A program made the position numbers and the translations under genes. Below, piece by piece: positions 36,153 through 46,657 of a DNA stretch of 64,000 nt. The notes beneath the pieces are model-generated. The model worked only from the letters and a program-made list of their open reading frames with translations, had not been told where the DNA came from and made no database searches. The stretch's first letter is position 1; every line of letters starts with the position of its first letter. Source of the DNA: an uncultured SAR86 cluster bacterium (lineage in GTDB: Bacteria > Pseudomonadota > Gammaproteobacteria > Magnimaribacterales > AG-339-G14); contig CACBOY010000003.1 of assembly GCA_902540995.1 (NCBI GenBank), positions 6,703 through 70,702 on the forward strand, written 5' to 3'.

Positions 36153-36946
36153 TAAACTGAAATTGGCGCGGAAATACCTGGATGGCTTTCGTAGTTTAAA
36201 ATTTCGAAATCTTCATAGGTAAAATCTTCTAATTTACTTATCTCAGAATTAATTTTGATGGTGGGTAAATTAAAAGGTTTTCTAGATATTTGAAGCTTTG
36301 CCTGATCCAAATGATTTAAATACAAATGCGCATCTCCTAAAGTATGAACAAATTTACCAGGTTTCAAGTTACAAACTTGAGCAATCATCATCGTCAAGAG
36401 GGCATAGGAAGCAATATTAAAAGGCACCCCAAGGAAGACATCTGCACTTCTCTGATAGAGCTGACATGAGATTTTTGAATCCGCCACGAAAAATTGGAAT
36501 AAAGCATGACAAGGCGGGAGAGCCATTTCATCAACCAGCGCAGGATTCCAAGCACTAACAATGTGTCTTGTTGAATTTGGATTATTTTTTATGCTTTCAA
36601 CAAGGTTTTTAATCTGATCAACCTTTCCGCCATTGGGATTTGGCCAAGATCGCCATTGTGCCCCATAAACCGGACCTAAATCTCCATTTTCATCTGCCCA
36701 CTCATCCCAAATTGAAACCCCGTTATCTTTGAGATATTTAATATTTGTCGAACCAGCTAAGAACCATATTAGTTCGTGGATGATTGATTTCAAATGAACT
36801 TTCTTAGTAGTCACTAAAGGGAATCCTTTTTCTAGATCAAAATGCATTTGGTATCCAAAGATGCTTTTCCTTCCCGTTCCGGTTCTGTCGGATCTCTCTA
36901 CACCTTCTTCAAGTATTTTTTCTACTAATTCAAGATACTGTTTCAT
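36152..36946 (-). CDS. thyA: thymidylate synthase
   Basis: 264 aa with the motifs RTGTG, WDEWAD..G.LGPVYG.QWR, LPPCH (catalytic Cys), YQRS.D and GDAH.Y.NH. Confidence 0.95.
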   Translation of the reverse strand: MKQYLELVEKILEEGVERSDRTGTGRKSIFGYQMHFDLEKGFPLVTTKKVHLKSIIHELIWFLAGSTNIKYLKDNGVSIWDEWADENGDLGPVYGAQWRSWPNPNGGKVDQIKNLVESIKNNPNSTRHIVSAWNPALVDEMALPPCHALFQFFVADSKISCQLYQRSADVFLGVPFNIASYALLTMMIAQVCNLKPGKFVHTLGDAHLYLNHLDQAKLQISRKPFNLPTIKINSEISKLEDFTYEDFEILNYESHPGISAPISV

Positions 36947-37733
36947 TATTTTTTTTTAAACTTAAATATATTAAAACTATACCAAAAATTATCATTGGTA
37001 ATGATAAGAGCTGTCCTCTTGTAAAAGTATCAAACAAATCAAATCCTATGTGAGAATCGGGGGTTCTAAAATTTTCTGTAATCGATCTAAAAGTGCCATA
37101 CAAAAGCAAGAACATTCCCGATAAAAGCATTTTTGGCGGATTTTTCTTTGCGACTAAAAATAAAATAACAAACATCACAAGACCTTCAAAAAATGCTTGA
37201 TAAAGTTGTGAGGGATGTCTTACTAGGCTCAAGGTATCATTTGAATAAATAATTCCCCAAGGCATTTCAGTTGGTCTTCCAAGAAGTTCTCCTCCTAAAA
37301 AATTTCCAATTCTTACAGAACCCAAACCTAATGGCAGATAAATTGCCATATGATCCGCTAAATCAAAAAAAGAAATTTTTCTGCTTTCTGAAAAAATTAA
37401 AAAGCTTGTTAGTACGCCAAGCAGCCCTCCGTGAAATGACAAACCTCCTTCCCAAATTCTAAAGAGGGCCATTGGATCCCTAATTAGATTTTCAAATCCA
37501 TAAAAGAACATATAGCCAATTCTTCCTCCAATTATTGCTCCCAAAACACCATAGAAAATAAAGTCGTCAATAAGCTTCTTATTAATAGTTCCACTAGTGG
37601 GTGCATTGAGTCTAGCAACGTAATTAATTGACAAAATTGCAACTAACCAAGAAATTCCATACCAATAGATTGGCCACGACCCAAAAAATGGAAGAGGTAT
37701 ATAAAATGCTATGGGATCTATTTCTACAGTCAT
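36930..37733 (-). CDS. lgt: phosphatidylglycerol--prolipoprotein diacylglyceryl transferase
   Basis: 267 aa with the motifs [24 protein letters not shown] and HPSQLY. It lies upstream of thyA, as in E. coli. Confidence 0.9.
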   Translation of the reverse strand: MTVEIDPIAFYIPLPFFGSWPIYWYGISWLVAILSINYVARLNAPTSGTINKKLIDDFIFYGVLGAIIGGRIGYMFFYGFENLIRDPMALFRIWEGGLSFHGGLLGVLTSFLIFSESRKISFFDLADHMAIYLPLGLGSVRIGNFLGGELLGRPTEMPWGIIYSNDTLSLVRHPSQLYQAFFEGLVMFVILFLVAKKNPPKMLLSGMFLLLYGTFRSITENFRTPDSHIGFDLFDTFTRGQLLSLPMIIFGIVLIYLSLKKNNETVS

Positions 37734-38530
37734 ACGAAAGTAATGTAAAAGACTCTTAAAGCAGCAATTATGATGAGAACAGAAAATGCTTGCTTGAGAT
37801 ATCTACTATCAGTTTTTGCAGAAAGATTGGCTCCAAGTCTAGCAAAGTAAATGCTTGATAATCCTGTAATTATTACTGCAGGCACGAATGCTGAACCTAC
37901 AAAAAACTCAATATCTTTTGATGCTATGGGGGCAAACAGCAATGCTCCCAAGGCTCCGGATACTGCTAAGGCAAAGCCCATCAAAGAAGAAGTGCCAATT
38001 GCCTTATGAGGATCCAATCCTTTATACAAAAAATAAGGAACCATAAGAATTCCTCCACCTATCCCAACGAAAGAAGTGACTAATCCCAATAATCCTGCAA
38101 CAAAAATTAATTCAAAAGAACTTTTGTGTAGGTTTTTTGTTTTTGGTGAAAAGTCAAAAGCTATTTGAAGAGCTGCCAAAATTAAGGAAATAGCAATAAT
38201 AATCTGTAGAGTTGAGCTTTCAATAAACAAAGCTACATATCTACCTAATAAAGTCATCGCAAAGGCCATCCAAAACATTTTTTTTACAATTTCAAGCTCG
38301 ACATTGTTATTTTTAAAATGAATAAATGCAGCCATTGGAATGGTTATAGCCATGGTCGTCATAGATGTACCAGTAGCTAATATGGGAATTATTTCAGGAG
38401 GTAGATCTAATAAATTGAATAAAAAAACATAAGCAGGAACTAAAATCACTCCACTGCCAATTCCAAAGAATCCAGACAAAAGACCAGCTAAGATGCCTAA
38501 TAAAACTAGGCCAAGAAAAAATTCAAACAT
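37730..38530 (-). CDS. TauE/SafE-family anion exporter-like membrane protein
   Basis: 266 aa with about 8 TM helices. An internal duplication carries GIGGG-type motifs (GFFGIGSGVILVP and FVGIGGGILMVP). Confidence 0.75.
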   Translation of the reverse strand: MFEFFLGLVLLGILAGLLSGFFGIGSGVILVPAYVFLFNLLDLPPEIIPILATGTSMTTMAITIPMAAFIHFKNNNVELEIVKKMFWMAFAMTLLGRYVALFIESSTLQIIIAISLILAALQIAFDFSPKTKNLHKSSFELIFVAGLLGLVTSFVGIGGGILMVPYFLYKGLDPHKAIGTSSLMGFALAVSGALGALLFAPIASKDIEFFVGSAFVPAVIITGLSSIYFARLGANLSAKTDSRYLKQAFSVLIIIAALRVFYITFV

Positions 38531-38585
38531 GTAGAAGTATGATTATCCCTTATTAAAACAGTCTGATAAACTTTTTCCTTTTTTT

Positions 38586-39356
38586 ATGTGCCTAATTGTT
38601 TTATCCCTCAATCCAAAAAGTGACTACAAATTAGTTCTTACTTCAAATCGAGATGAATTTTATGAAAGACCAACAGAGAATATGCATTGGTGGAATTCAA
38701 GTCCAAGAGTTTTAGCTGGAAAAGATAAAAACTTTGATGGAACATGGATGGCTTTAAGTGAAAAAGGGAAGTTCGCAGCTGTCACAAATGTAAGAGAATT
38801 TACTTCGTTGAGTACTCAAAAAAAATCTCTAGAAAATTTAGCAAGCAGAGGAGACTTGGTAAAAGATTTTGTCTTATCAAACTATTCCGCATCAGAATAT
38901 TTAAACGAAATTGATTGTTTAAATTATCAAGGCTTTAATTTGATTTTATTTGATGGAACTGATGGATTGATTTGCTCAAATAGAGGCTTTGAGAAAAAAC
39001 TCAACGAAGGAGAAATCTACGCAATAGGGAATAAACCTATAGAAAATAAATCAGAAAAAATACTTAGCGCAGAAGAAGATTTTGTAAAAATCTTATCTTC
39101 TGAAGTTTCTGGAAAAAGTCTTTTTGAAATGATGCAAGCACCGGTCAACAAACCATTGGAATTCTCCGAAGCCTTCACTAAAGAAAATCATGGCAGGGAG
39201 TTCCCTTACAGATTTATAGCTACAGATATTTATGGAACTAGATCTACAACATCCATAATAATTGATAAAAATAATGAAGCCGAAATAGAGGAAACTTCTT
39301 TCAACGAAGCCAGAGAAATAGTTAAATCGAAAAAATTTAAACTTGAGATTAAATGA
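38586..39356 (+). CDS. NRDE / TANGO2 (DUF833) family protein
   Basis: 256 aa. The N-terminal MC, the following NRDE motif (TSNRDEFYERP) and later AVTN are characteristic of this family. Confidence 0.65.
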   Translation: MCLIVLSLNPKSDYKLVLTSNRDEFYERPTENMHWWNSSPRVLAGKDKNFDGTWMALSEKGKFAAVTNVREFTSLSTQKKSLENLASRGDLVKDFVLSNYSASEYLNEIDCLNYQGFNLILFDGTDGLICSNRGFEKKLNEGEIYAIGNKPIENKSEKILSAEEDFVKILSSEVSGKSLFEMMQAPVNKPLEFSEAFTKENHGREFPYRFIATDIYGTRSTTSIIIDKNNEAEIEETSFNEAREIVKSKKFKLEIK

Positions 39357-39826
39357 CTTTAAAAATTAAGACTGGTTATCGATTGAATGTCGCAATGATT
39401 GTTCTTAATAAAGATAAAAAGGTTTTATTCTGCAAAAGAAGAAATACAGAAAATTGGCAATTTCCTCAAGGAGGTGTAGATGAAAACGAAAATATCGAGA
39501 GTGCAATGTTCAGAGAATTAAATGAAGAAGTAGGTCTAGAACAGGATAATGTTGAAATAAAGGCCGTAAGTCAAAATTTAATTTACTATGATATTCCAAA
39601 AAATATTCGAACTAGAGTTCTTGGCGGAAAATTTAGAGGTCAGGCTCAAAAATATTTCTTACTCAAACTTATTTCTGGAGATGTAGATTTAAATATAGAA
39701 AATACTCCTGAATTTGATAAGTATAGTTGGGTGCCTTTTTGGTACCCATTAAGTCAAGTTGTAGATTTTAAAAAAGAAGCATACAGAAGTGCTTTAATAG
39801 AGCTTAAGAATCAAATAAAAATATGA
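39353..39826 (+). CDS. rppH: RNA pyrophosphohydrolase (Nudix)
   Basis: 157 aa with WQFPQGG and the Nudix box GGVDENENIESAMFRELNEEVGL. The YF tail has RppH-like length. Confidence 0.85.
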   Translation: MTLKIKTGYRLNVAMIVLNKDKKVLFCKRRNTENWQFPQGGVDENENIESAMFRELNEEVGLEQDNVEIKAVSQNLIYYDIPKNIRTRVLGGKFRGQAQKYFLLKLISGDVDLNIENTPEFDKYSWVPFWYPLSQVVDFKKEAYRSALIELKNQIKI

Positions 39827-40470
39827 GTAAGTTAGTAATTTTTGACTTAGACGATACGCTTTTATGTGCTGATAGTGAATTTCATTTCACTAAATATATC
39901 GTTAAACAAGGGATGTTAGATAAAGATTTTTACCTTGAGAAAATTAAAGCATTTGACAAAGACTATCGATCTGGAAATTTAAATTTTAATGATTACATGA
40001 GATTTCTTTTGTATCCATTGATAGGAAAAACCAAAAAAGAAGTAGACTTATTGGTTGCAAGTTTTATAAATTCTTCGAAGGATATTTTGATTGATGATTT
40101 AACTTTCGAGCTTTTAGAAAAACATAAAAAAGATGATTTGCTAATTGCTTCAGGAGCTTTAGATTTTATAGTTCAGGGGTTTGCTAATTATTTCGGAGTA
40201 GTTGAGTTCATAGGAACAAAAACAGAGTTCGTGGAAGGTAAAGTGACAGGGGAAACTACAGGAGAGCCAAATTTTGATAAGGGCAAATTAGTGCATGTTT
40301 CAGAATGGTGTAGAAATAAAAAATTAAACTTAGAAATGGCTACTTTCTACACAGACTCAATACATGATTTGCCTTTAGTAGAAAAATGTAAAAATTCTAT
40401 AGTAGTATCACCTGATGAAAGGCTTAAAAAGCACGCAGAAAATAATAATTTACAAATAATTAACAGATAG
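39823..40470 (+). CDS. HAD-IB superfamily hydrolase (SerB-like family)
   Basis: 215 aa with HAD motif I VIFDLDDTL, motif II IASGA and a C-terminal YTDSIHDLP. Confidence 0.7.
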   Translation: MSKLVIFDLDDTLLCADSEFHFTKYIVKQGMLDKDFYLEKIKAFDKDYRSGNLNFNDYMRFLLYPLIGKTKKEVDLLVASFINSSKDILIDDLTFELLEKHKKDDLLIASGALDFIVQGFANYFGVVEFIGTKTEFVEGKVTGETTGEPNFDKGKLVHVSEWCRNKKLNLEMATFYTDSIHDLPLVEKCKNSIVVSPDERLKKHAENNNLQIINR

Positions 40471-40479
40471 CCAAATCTT

Positions 40480-41691
40480 ATGAATCTAAGTGACGATATA
40501 TCTAAGATAAAAGAAGAATATCAAAAATTCAAAAATTCAAAAAAAATTCTAGACTTAACTCGGGGCAGACCTTCCTCTGAACAACTAGATTTGTCTGATA
40601 ATTTGGAAACTGTAATGAAAGGAAACTTTATTCTAGATAAGGTGGATACAAGAAATTATGGTCTTCTTGAAGGACTTCCTTCTGCTAGAAAATTAGCTGG
40701 CTGGGTTCTTAACGCTGATCCAAAAAATATTCTTGTAAACGGTACTAGTAGTTTGACTTTGCTAGGACATTATTTGCACAGCATGATTTTTCATGGCGAT
40801 GGGCAAGTAGCCTGGAAAGACCTAGATAAAGTAACTTTTTTGTGTCCGGTTCCCGGATATGATCGTCACTTTGCAATGTTGGAAAAATTAGGAATAAAAA
40901 TGATTCCTGTTCCTTTAGAAGGAGATGGTCCTGATTTAGATTCAATAGAAAATTTATTAGAAACTGATGAATCTATAAAAGGGATGATTTGCGTACCCAA
41001 ACATTCAAATCCCACTGGAGAGATTTTTTCTAGAGAAAAAATAGAAGCTTTGGCAAGCATAAACAAGGATGGTTTCAAAATTATTCTTGATAACGCTTAT
41101 GCCGTTCATGATTTTGGTGATTCAAAAAAACTTCCTGATATAGAAAAAATTTTCATTGATAAAAATTCACATGATTCTCTCGTTATGCTTGGAAGTACCA
41201 GTAAGATCTCATTAGCTGGATCGGGTTTGGCATTTATTTCTTTGTCGCCAAAAAATATGGAAAATTTTGTTAACTATTTTTCTAAGTTCTCTTTGGGCTC
41301 CGACAAAGTAAATCAAGCAAGGCACACTAGGATTTTTAATTCAAAGAAAGCACTTACAGAGCACATGCAAAAATTAGCAAAAATAATCAAACCTAAGTTT
41401 GATCTTGTTCAAGAAAAGTTGCATGAATTGCCTGATGGTTTAGCAAAGTGGACCAAACCAACTGGTGGTTATTTTGTTTCCTTTGATTCTTTAAATGGTA
41501 ATGCTTCAAAAATTCATAAGCTTTGTGAGGAAGCAGGTTTAAAACTGACTCCCTTGGGAGCAACCTTTCCTTATGGCAAAGACTTGGAAAATAAAAATAT
41601 TCGTATAGCTCCCACTCAGGTGGAACTTAAAGAACTATCAGACGCTATGGATTTATTTTGTATTTGCGTATTACTAGCTGAAGAAAGCTAG
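40480..41691 (+). CDS. PLP-dependent aminotransferase (fold type I)
   Basis: 403 aa with LDLTRGRPS..QLDL, a PKHSNPTG region, NAY and the GSTSKISLAG PLP-lysine motif. Substrate is not assignable from sequence. Confidence 0.7.
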   Translation: MNLSDDISKIKEEYQKFKNSKKILDLTRGRPSSEQLDLSDNLETVMKGNFILDKVDTRNYGLLEGLPSARKLAGWVLNADPKNILVNGTSSLTLLGHYLHSMIFHGDGQVAWKDLDKVTFLCPVPGYDRHFAMLEKLGIKMIPVPLEGDGPDLDSIENLLETDESIKGMICVPKHSNPTGEIFSREKIEALASINKDGFKIILDNAYAVHDFGDSKKLPDIEKIFIDKNSHDSLVMLGSTSKISLAGSGLAFISLSPKNMENFVNYFSKFSLGSDKVNQARHTRIFNSKKALTEHMQKLAKIIKPKFDLVQEKLHELPDGLAKWTKPTGGYFVSFDSLNGNASKIHKLCEEAGLKLTPLGATFPYGKDLENKNIRIAPTQVELKELSDAMDLFCICVLLAEES

Positions 41692-42020
41692 TTCCTAGTA
41701 ACTTCTAAAATTTCGTATTTTTTTCCATCAAATGGACCGAAGTTTTCATGGACATCCGGATGAGCTACGGGCTCTAAAGAGTTATCAGCAAGTAAATTCT
41801 GTTGAGAAACATACGCAGTGTAAAAGACTTCCTCGTTCTCAGCATAGACATGATAGAAAGGTTGGTCTTTTTTTGGCCTTATTTGGGCAGGTATGCTTTG
41901 ATACCATTCTTCAGTATTGTTGAATTCAGGATCTACATCAAAAATTACACCTCTAAAGTCTAAATGTTTATGTCTGACAACCTGTCCAATTGCAAAATTA
42001 GTTTCAACTACATCTTTCAT
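41688..42020 (-). CDS. hspQ: heat shock protein HspQ (YccV / hemimethylated-DNA-binding domain)
   Basis: 110 aa, collinear with E. coli HspQ (F.IGQVVRH....RGVI.DVDP.....PFYHV..E). Confidence 0.8.
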   Translation of the reverse strand: MKDVVETNFAIGQVVRHKHLDFRGVIFDVDPEFNNTEEWYQSIPAQIRPKKDQPFYHVYAENEEVFYTAYVSQQNLLADNSLEPVAHPDVHENFGPFDGKKYEILEVTRN

Positions 42021-42070
42021 ATTTTTATATTAGCACTAATACTTTATATATGGAGTCTATCCTTATATTT

Positions 42071-43123
42071 TCAAGCCAAATGAGCCTGAGAAAGGTAATC
42101 TTTAGACTGCATCTCAGTTAATCTGCTTATAGTCCTTTTAAACTTTTCTTCAAGCCTAGATTTGACATAAATTTTTTCAGGTAGTTCAGCTGCTGAAATT
42201 ATTAATTTTACTCTTCTGTCATAGCATTCATCTATAAAAGAAATGAAACGTCTTGCCTCGTCATCAGAATTGATGATGGGTACGTCTGACAGAACAACGG
42301 TATGAAACTCTCTTGATATTTCTATGTAATCTGCAGCACTTCTAGGAGAAGAACAGATTTGTAAAAAATTAACCCACAAGACTCCTTTGGAAAAAGCCAA
42401 GATATCTATTTTTCTGTTGTTTATAGTTATAAAACTTTCTTTATTTTTTTTGTTCTGGGTAATTTCGTTGAAAATCTTTTCAATGATTTCTCTATTTTTA
42501 TCAGATGGATAAAAGTAACTTCCACTTTTTTCTAAAGCTCTTAATCTAAAATCAATATTAGAATTTAGATGATAGATTTCGCAAGCAGTTTCAATAGCTT
42601 TTATAGCAGGCATGAACAGCTTTCTCTGTAACCCTCCCTCATAAAGATTTGTTGGCGCTATATTTGAAGTTGCAAAAAAGGATAAATCAGATTCAAAAAG
42701 TTCAGTCATAAATTTGCCAAGCAACATGGCATCTGCAATATCTTCAACATAGAACTCATCAAAGCAAAGACATTCATATTTTTTTGATAAATCTTTAACA
42801 ATTTTTTTTAAAGGATCTGTTCCTTCATATTGCCTTAGGCTTTCATGAAGATTTTGCATGAAACGGTGAAAGTGAAGTCTAATTTTTTTTTCATTATTGA
42901 TTTCCTCAAATAACATATCCATGAGAAACGTCTTTCCACGTCCGACATCTCCATGAATATAAATTCTTTGAGGATCTGGCTTAGAAAAAAACTGCAGAAT
43001 ACTTTTTTTCTTATTAATTTCTTGAAGAGAAATATCCAGACGCTCAGCTAATTTGAGCTGAGCATCGTCTAAAGAAATTTCTTGGTTTGAGACCGCTTTT
43101 AAATAGTTATCTTTAAGAGCTAT
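42071..43123 (-). CDS. zapE: cell division protein ZapE (AFG1-like ATPase); start codon uncertain
   Basis: The track ORF starts at ATG 42922, but the Walker A motif GDVGRGKTFLMD is encoded just upstream of it. The frame stays open up to TGA at 43133-43135 and contains no ATG, GTG or TTG. The 5' limit given here is the in-frame ATA at 43123-43121 and is provisional. Confidence 0.75.
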   Translation of the reverse strand: MALKDNYLKAVSNQEISLDDAQLKLAERLDISLQEINKKKSILQFFSKPDPQRIYIHGDVGRGKTFLMDMLFEEINNEKKIRLHFHRFMQNLHESLRQYEGTDPLKKIVKDLSKKYECLCFDEFYVEDIADAMLLGKFMTELFESDLSFFATSNIAPTNLYEGGLQRKLFMPAIKAIETACEIYHLNSNIDFRLRALEKSGSYFYPSDKNREIIEKIFNEITQNKKNKESFITINNRKIDILAFSKGVLWVNFLQICSSPRSAADYIEISREFHTVVLSDVPIINSDDEARRFISFIDECYDRRVKLIISAAELPEKIYVKSRLEEKFKRTISRLTEMQSKDYLSQAHLA

Positions 43124-43407
43124 TTTATTTCCTCATGAACAGTTATCTCTGGAGCGCCAGCAAGAAATGGCGCAAGTGCTCCACCCAGTGTTTTAAAGTG
43201 TTCAGTTTGAGAATGATGCGCATGACTTTCAGCATCTTTGTAGATCTCTATCATTTGATAGGTTTGAGGATCATCTGTTTTCAATAAACCATAGTAAAAG
43301 ACTCCAGGTTCATTTACATTTGTCGCCTCAACAAGCTTGAGCATATTTTCTTCGAAGTCTTTTTCACTCCCTTCTTTAATGTTTAATTTAACAAGTACTC
43401 CAATCAT
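43120..43407 (-). CDS. antibiotic-biosynthesis-monooxygenase (ABM) domain protein
   Basis: 95 aa with a ferredoxin-like ABM pattern (V.L..K.G....F.......V........EPG...Y......D...Y...E.Y.D..S...H..T.HF). Confidence 0.65.
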   Translation of the reverse strand: MIGVLVKLNIKEGSEKDFEENMLKLVEATNVNEPGVFYYGLLKTDDPQTYQMIEIYKDAESHAHHSQTEHFKTLGGALAPFLAGAPEITVHEEIK

Positions 43408-43477
43408 GATTTCTCCTATAATAAATAATATTTAAAAGTTTAATATATAAGGCTAAATCATATTGGGAGAAAAGAAA

Positions 43478-44095
43478 ATGATTAAGATTTGGGGAACCGA
43501 AGCTTCAAGAGCAATGAGACCAATTTGGACCGCAGAGGAAATGGGCATAGATTACGAGCTCGAAATGATGCCTTTTCCGCCGAGAATGTTCATGAAAGAG
43601 TATTTGGATATCAACATGTTAGGAACAATTCCGTATTTAATAGACGGTGATGTGAAAATGACCGAATCTGTTGCAATGTCCCAATATTTAGTTGAGAAAT
43701 ATGGACCGACCGATTTGAGAGTTATGCCTGATGAGCCTGACTATCCAGCTTATTTAAATTGGCTGTTCCACTCTGATGCAACTTTAACCTTCCCTCAGAC
43801 GGTTGTTCTTAGATACAAACTTCAAGAGCCGGGTGTTGCAGATGCTGCTGTAGAAGGTTATAGCAGATGGTTTGTTTCAAGATGTAAATTATTAGAGACA
43901 ACTTTAAATGACAGAGAATACTTATGCTCAAATCGTTTTACGATTGCAGATATCTGTGTGAGCTATGCTTTTGTTGTTGCAGAATCACTTGGAATAGATC
44001 AAGCATTCAAACCTAATATTAAAAGATACACGGATATGCTTTTTGAAAGAGAGGCCTTTAAAAGGTCTAAGTCTTATAAGTTTGAAGAGAAATAA
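43478..44095 (+). CDS. glutathione S-transferase family protein
   Basis: I place the start at ATG 43478 (GGGAGA upstream) rather than TTG 43463. The GST N-terminal thioredoxin-like region includes LGTIPYL.DGD.KMTESVAMSQYL, and a helical C-terminal domain follows. Confidence 0.75.
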   Translation: MIKIWGTEASRAMRPIWTAEEMGIDYELEMMPFPPRMFMKEYLDINMLGTIPYLIDGDVKMTESVAMSQYLVEKYGPTDLRVMPDEPDYPAYLNWLFHSDATLTFPQTVVLRYKLQEPGVADAAVEGYSRWFVSRCKLLETTLNDREYLCSNRFTIADICVSYAFVVAESLGIDQAFKPNIKRYTDMLFEREAFKRSKSYKFEEK

Positions 44096-44120
44096 CATAA
44101 TTTTAATCTAGGAGATAAAT

Positions 44121-44549
44121 ATGATTACCCTTAAAGATGCTCAAAAAATTGTTGAAGGTTGTTTAAAAAAAGCCAGAGAAGAGAATATGAATCCTATAAC
44201 GATTGCAGTTCTTGATACTCGAGGAGTATTAGTAAGTTCAGCAATGGAAGATAAATCAGCTCTCATTAGACCCGATATAGCATTTGCTAAAGCCTGGGGC
44301 TGTGTTGGAATAGGTTTTTCTAGCAGAGCGATAAGAGATCTCTACGGAGCTCAACCTGAACAAACTCATTTTTTTAATGCGGCCAGAGCTATATCTGGAA
44401 ATAAAATAGCGCCTTCTCCTGGAGGAATAATGATTAAGAAAGGTGAAGATGTAATCGGTTCGGTTGGCGTTTCAGGAGATTTACCCGATCGTGATGAGAT
44501 TTGTGCAATAGCAGGAGTAGAAGCTGCAGGATTGACGTATCAAATTTAA
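44121..44549 (+). CDS. GlcG/HbpS-like haem-binding (DUF336) protein
   Basis: 142 aa with PGG..I......IGSVGVSG...D.DE.CA, as in the GlcG family. Confidence 0.7.
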   Translation: MITLKDAQKIVEGCLKKAREENMNPITIAVLDTRGVLVSSAMEDKSALIRPDIAFAKAWGCVGIGFSSRAIRDLYGAQPEQTHFFNAARAISGNKIAPSPGGIMIKKGEDVIGSVGVSGDLPDRDEICAIAGVEAAGLTYQI

Positions 44550-44563
44550 TGAAGTCCTAATTC

Positions 44564-45433
44564 TTAATTTTTAGGCGGTAAGGGAATTAAAACTGAAGTA
44601 TTTTTTATATAGCTTTTATATTCTTCATCGTCTCCCCATTTTTTTCTACCTCTTGATTCAAGTAACCTCACTCCGCTTATTTGAGTCAAAAGGATTATTA
44701 TAAAGATAGGAGAGATGAGCGTTATAAATTGCCAGCCCTGAAGAACTGGTAAAGCGATTACTGTAATCCCGATCCATAAAAGAATTTCGCCAAAATAATT
44801 TGGATGCCTAGACCAGGACCAAATTCCAGTTGTAATAAATTTGTCTTTGTTTTCTGGATTTGATCTAAATTTAGATTTTTGATTATCTGCGATTACTTCT
44901 ATAGAGAAACCCAAAATCCAAATCAAAGCACCCAAGACTAAAAAGATATCTGCCTCAATCTTATTTTGCGAAGTCATCGCAGCAAGTCCTGCTGCTAAAG
45001 ACAAAAATACCCACATGCCCTGAATATTCCAAGTCATTAAAAACCACCAAAATTTAGTTTTCATGATGTCAAATCTTCCATCGCCTCCATCTTTTCTTAC
45101 TCGAAAAAATAAAAAAGAACCAAGTCTGGTGGCCCATACAACGACTAACAACGTGATTACGATGTCCCTTAAATAAATTTCCGGGATTGCCATAAGGGTA
45201 AAAAGAGCAGCCGACATAAAAGTAAGCGATCCTGTTAAGTCAAAAAAATGTTCTGTTCTATTAATAAAAGACGGAACAAAAACAAGCCATTGAATTACAA
45301 AAATCAGAAACACTACAAAACCAAAGAGCGGGATGTTTGATATAGAAACACTCCCTTGGTTAGCAGCAAAAGCTATTAGAGTAGATAGCAAAATGACAAT
45401 GAAAGATGCTGGGATGGTAGTCTTATTTGGCAT
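44564..45433 (-). CDS. DUF1295 / steroid 5-alpha-reductase-like membrane protein
   Basis: 289 aa and polytopic. The C-terminal GIWSWSRHPNYFGE..W.G signature is present. Confidence 0.7.
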   Translation of the reverse strand: MPNKTTIPASFIVILLSTLIAFAANQGSVSISNIPLFGFVVFLIFVIQWLVFVPSFINRTEHFFDLTGSLTFMSAALFTLMAIPEIYLRDIVITLLVVVWATRLGSFLFFRVRKDGGDGRFDIMKTKFWWFLMTWNIQGMWVFLSLAAGLAAMTSQNKIEADIFLVLGALIWILGFSIEVIADNQKSKFRSNPENKDKFITTGIWSWSRHPNYFGEILLWIGITVIALPVLQGWQFITLISPIFIIILLTQISGVRLLESRGRKKWGDDEEYKSYIKNTSVLIPLPPKN

Positions 45434-45512
45434 TAATAAATTTTAATACAAAAATCTTGATTTGAATTGAAATTTAGAAGATATTAATCATTAGAAATTA
45501 AGAGGTATAGAA

Positions 45513-46652
45513 ATGATGAATTCAAGAATTTGTGAAATGTTAGACATAGAGTTTCCACTTGTAGCATTTACTCACTGTAGAGACGTTGTTGTAGCAGTTT
45601 CCAAAGCAGGAGGCTGTGGAGTTTTAGGTGCAGTCGGTATGTCTCCAGAACAATTGGAAAAAGAGCTGAAATGGATCGATGAACACATTGATGGAAAACC
45701 ATATGGCGTAGACGTATTAATTCCAAACAAAATGGTTGGAAAAGATGAAAAATTTGATGCTGATAAATTAGTAAAAATGATTCCCCAAGAATATGCAGAT
45801 TTTAGAACTGATGTCTTAGAAAATCATGGTATTGAAGCTCCAGAATTGAGGGAAATAGACACCGGCGGTTCGAGTTTTGCTCAAAACACACAATCCGATG
45901 GAGCAAAGGCTCTTCTGGATGTTGCTTTTAAACACCCCATTAAAATCATTGCCAATGCACTTGGCGTTCCTCCAGACTGGATGATTCAAATGGGTAAAGA
46001 TAACGATTGTAAAGTTGCTGCATTATTAGGAACCGCAGAACATGCAATCAATCAAGTTAAAGCCGGGGTTGATATTTTAGTTGTATCAGGAACAGAAGCA
46101 GGAGGACATTGTGGAAGCGTCTCTACTATGGTTTTAATTCCAGAGGTTCACCAGGCTATTCAGCCATATGGCGATGTTCCTATCTTGGCTGCGGGTGGAA
46201 TTGTAACTGGTAAGCAAATGGCGGCAGCCATGGCTATGGGTGCCTCAGGGGCTTGGTGTGGCTCAGTTTGGTTAACTACAATTGAGTCAGAAGTAGAGCC
46301 AGTGATAAAAGAAAAAATGGTTGCTGCTAATTCTAGTCAAACTGTTAGGTCAAGAAGTAGAACTGGAAAACATTCTAGACAGTTAGTCACTCCATGGACC
46401 CAGGCATGGGAAGCAGAAAGTGCTCCAGAACCTTTGCCAATGCCATTGCAACCCATGGTCGCTGAGCCAGCTTTACAAAAGGTTAATAAACTAGCTGCTG
46501 GAGGTCATGAGGGAGCTAAAGATCTTGCAACTTATTGGGTAGGACAGGGCGTTGGTTTGATGAACCAAAGCATCTCTGCAAGTGATGTTGTGCAAGAGTT
46601 TAAAGAGGATTTTATTAACGCTTTTGAGCGACTTAATAACTTTGTGAGTTAG
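45513..46652 (+). CDS. nitronate monooxygenase-family FMN oxidoreductase
   Basis: 379 aa with a TIM-barrel NMO pattern (GGCGVLGA, VSGTEAGGH, AAGGI..G.QMAAA.AMGA.G...GS.). Confidence 0.75.
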   Translation: MMNSRICEMLDIEFPLVAFTHCRDVVVAVSKAGGCGVLGAVGMSPEQLEKELKWIDEHIDGKPYGVDVLIPNKMVGKDEKFDADKLVKMIPQEYADFRTDVLENHGIEAPELREIDTGGSSFAQNTQSDGAKALLDVAFKHPIKIIANALGVPPDWMIQMGKDNDCKVAALLGTAEHAINQVKAGVDILVVSGTEAGGHCGSVSTMVLIPEVHQAIQPYGDVPILAAGGIVTGKQMAAAMAMGASGAWCGSVWLTTIESEVEPVIKEKMVAANSSQTVRSRSRTGKHSRQLVTPWTQAWEAESAPEPLPMPLQPMVAEPALQKVNKLAAGGHEGAKDLATYWVGQGVGLMNQSISASDVVQEFKEDFINAFERLNNFVS

Positions 46653-46657
46653 AAAAA

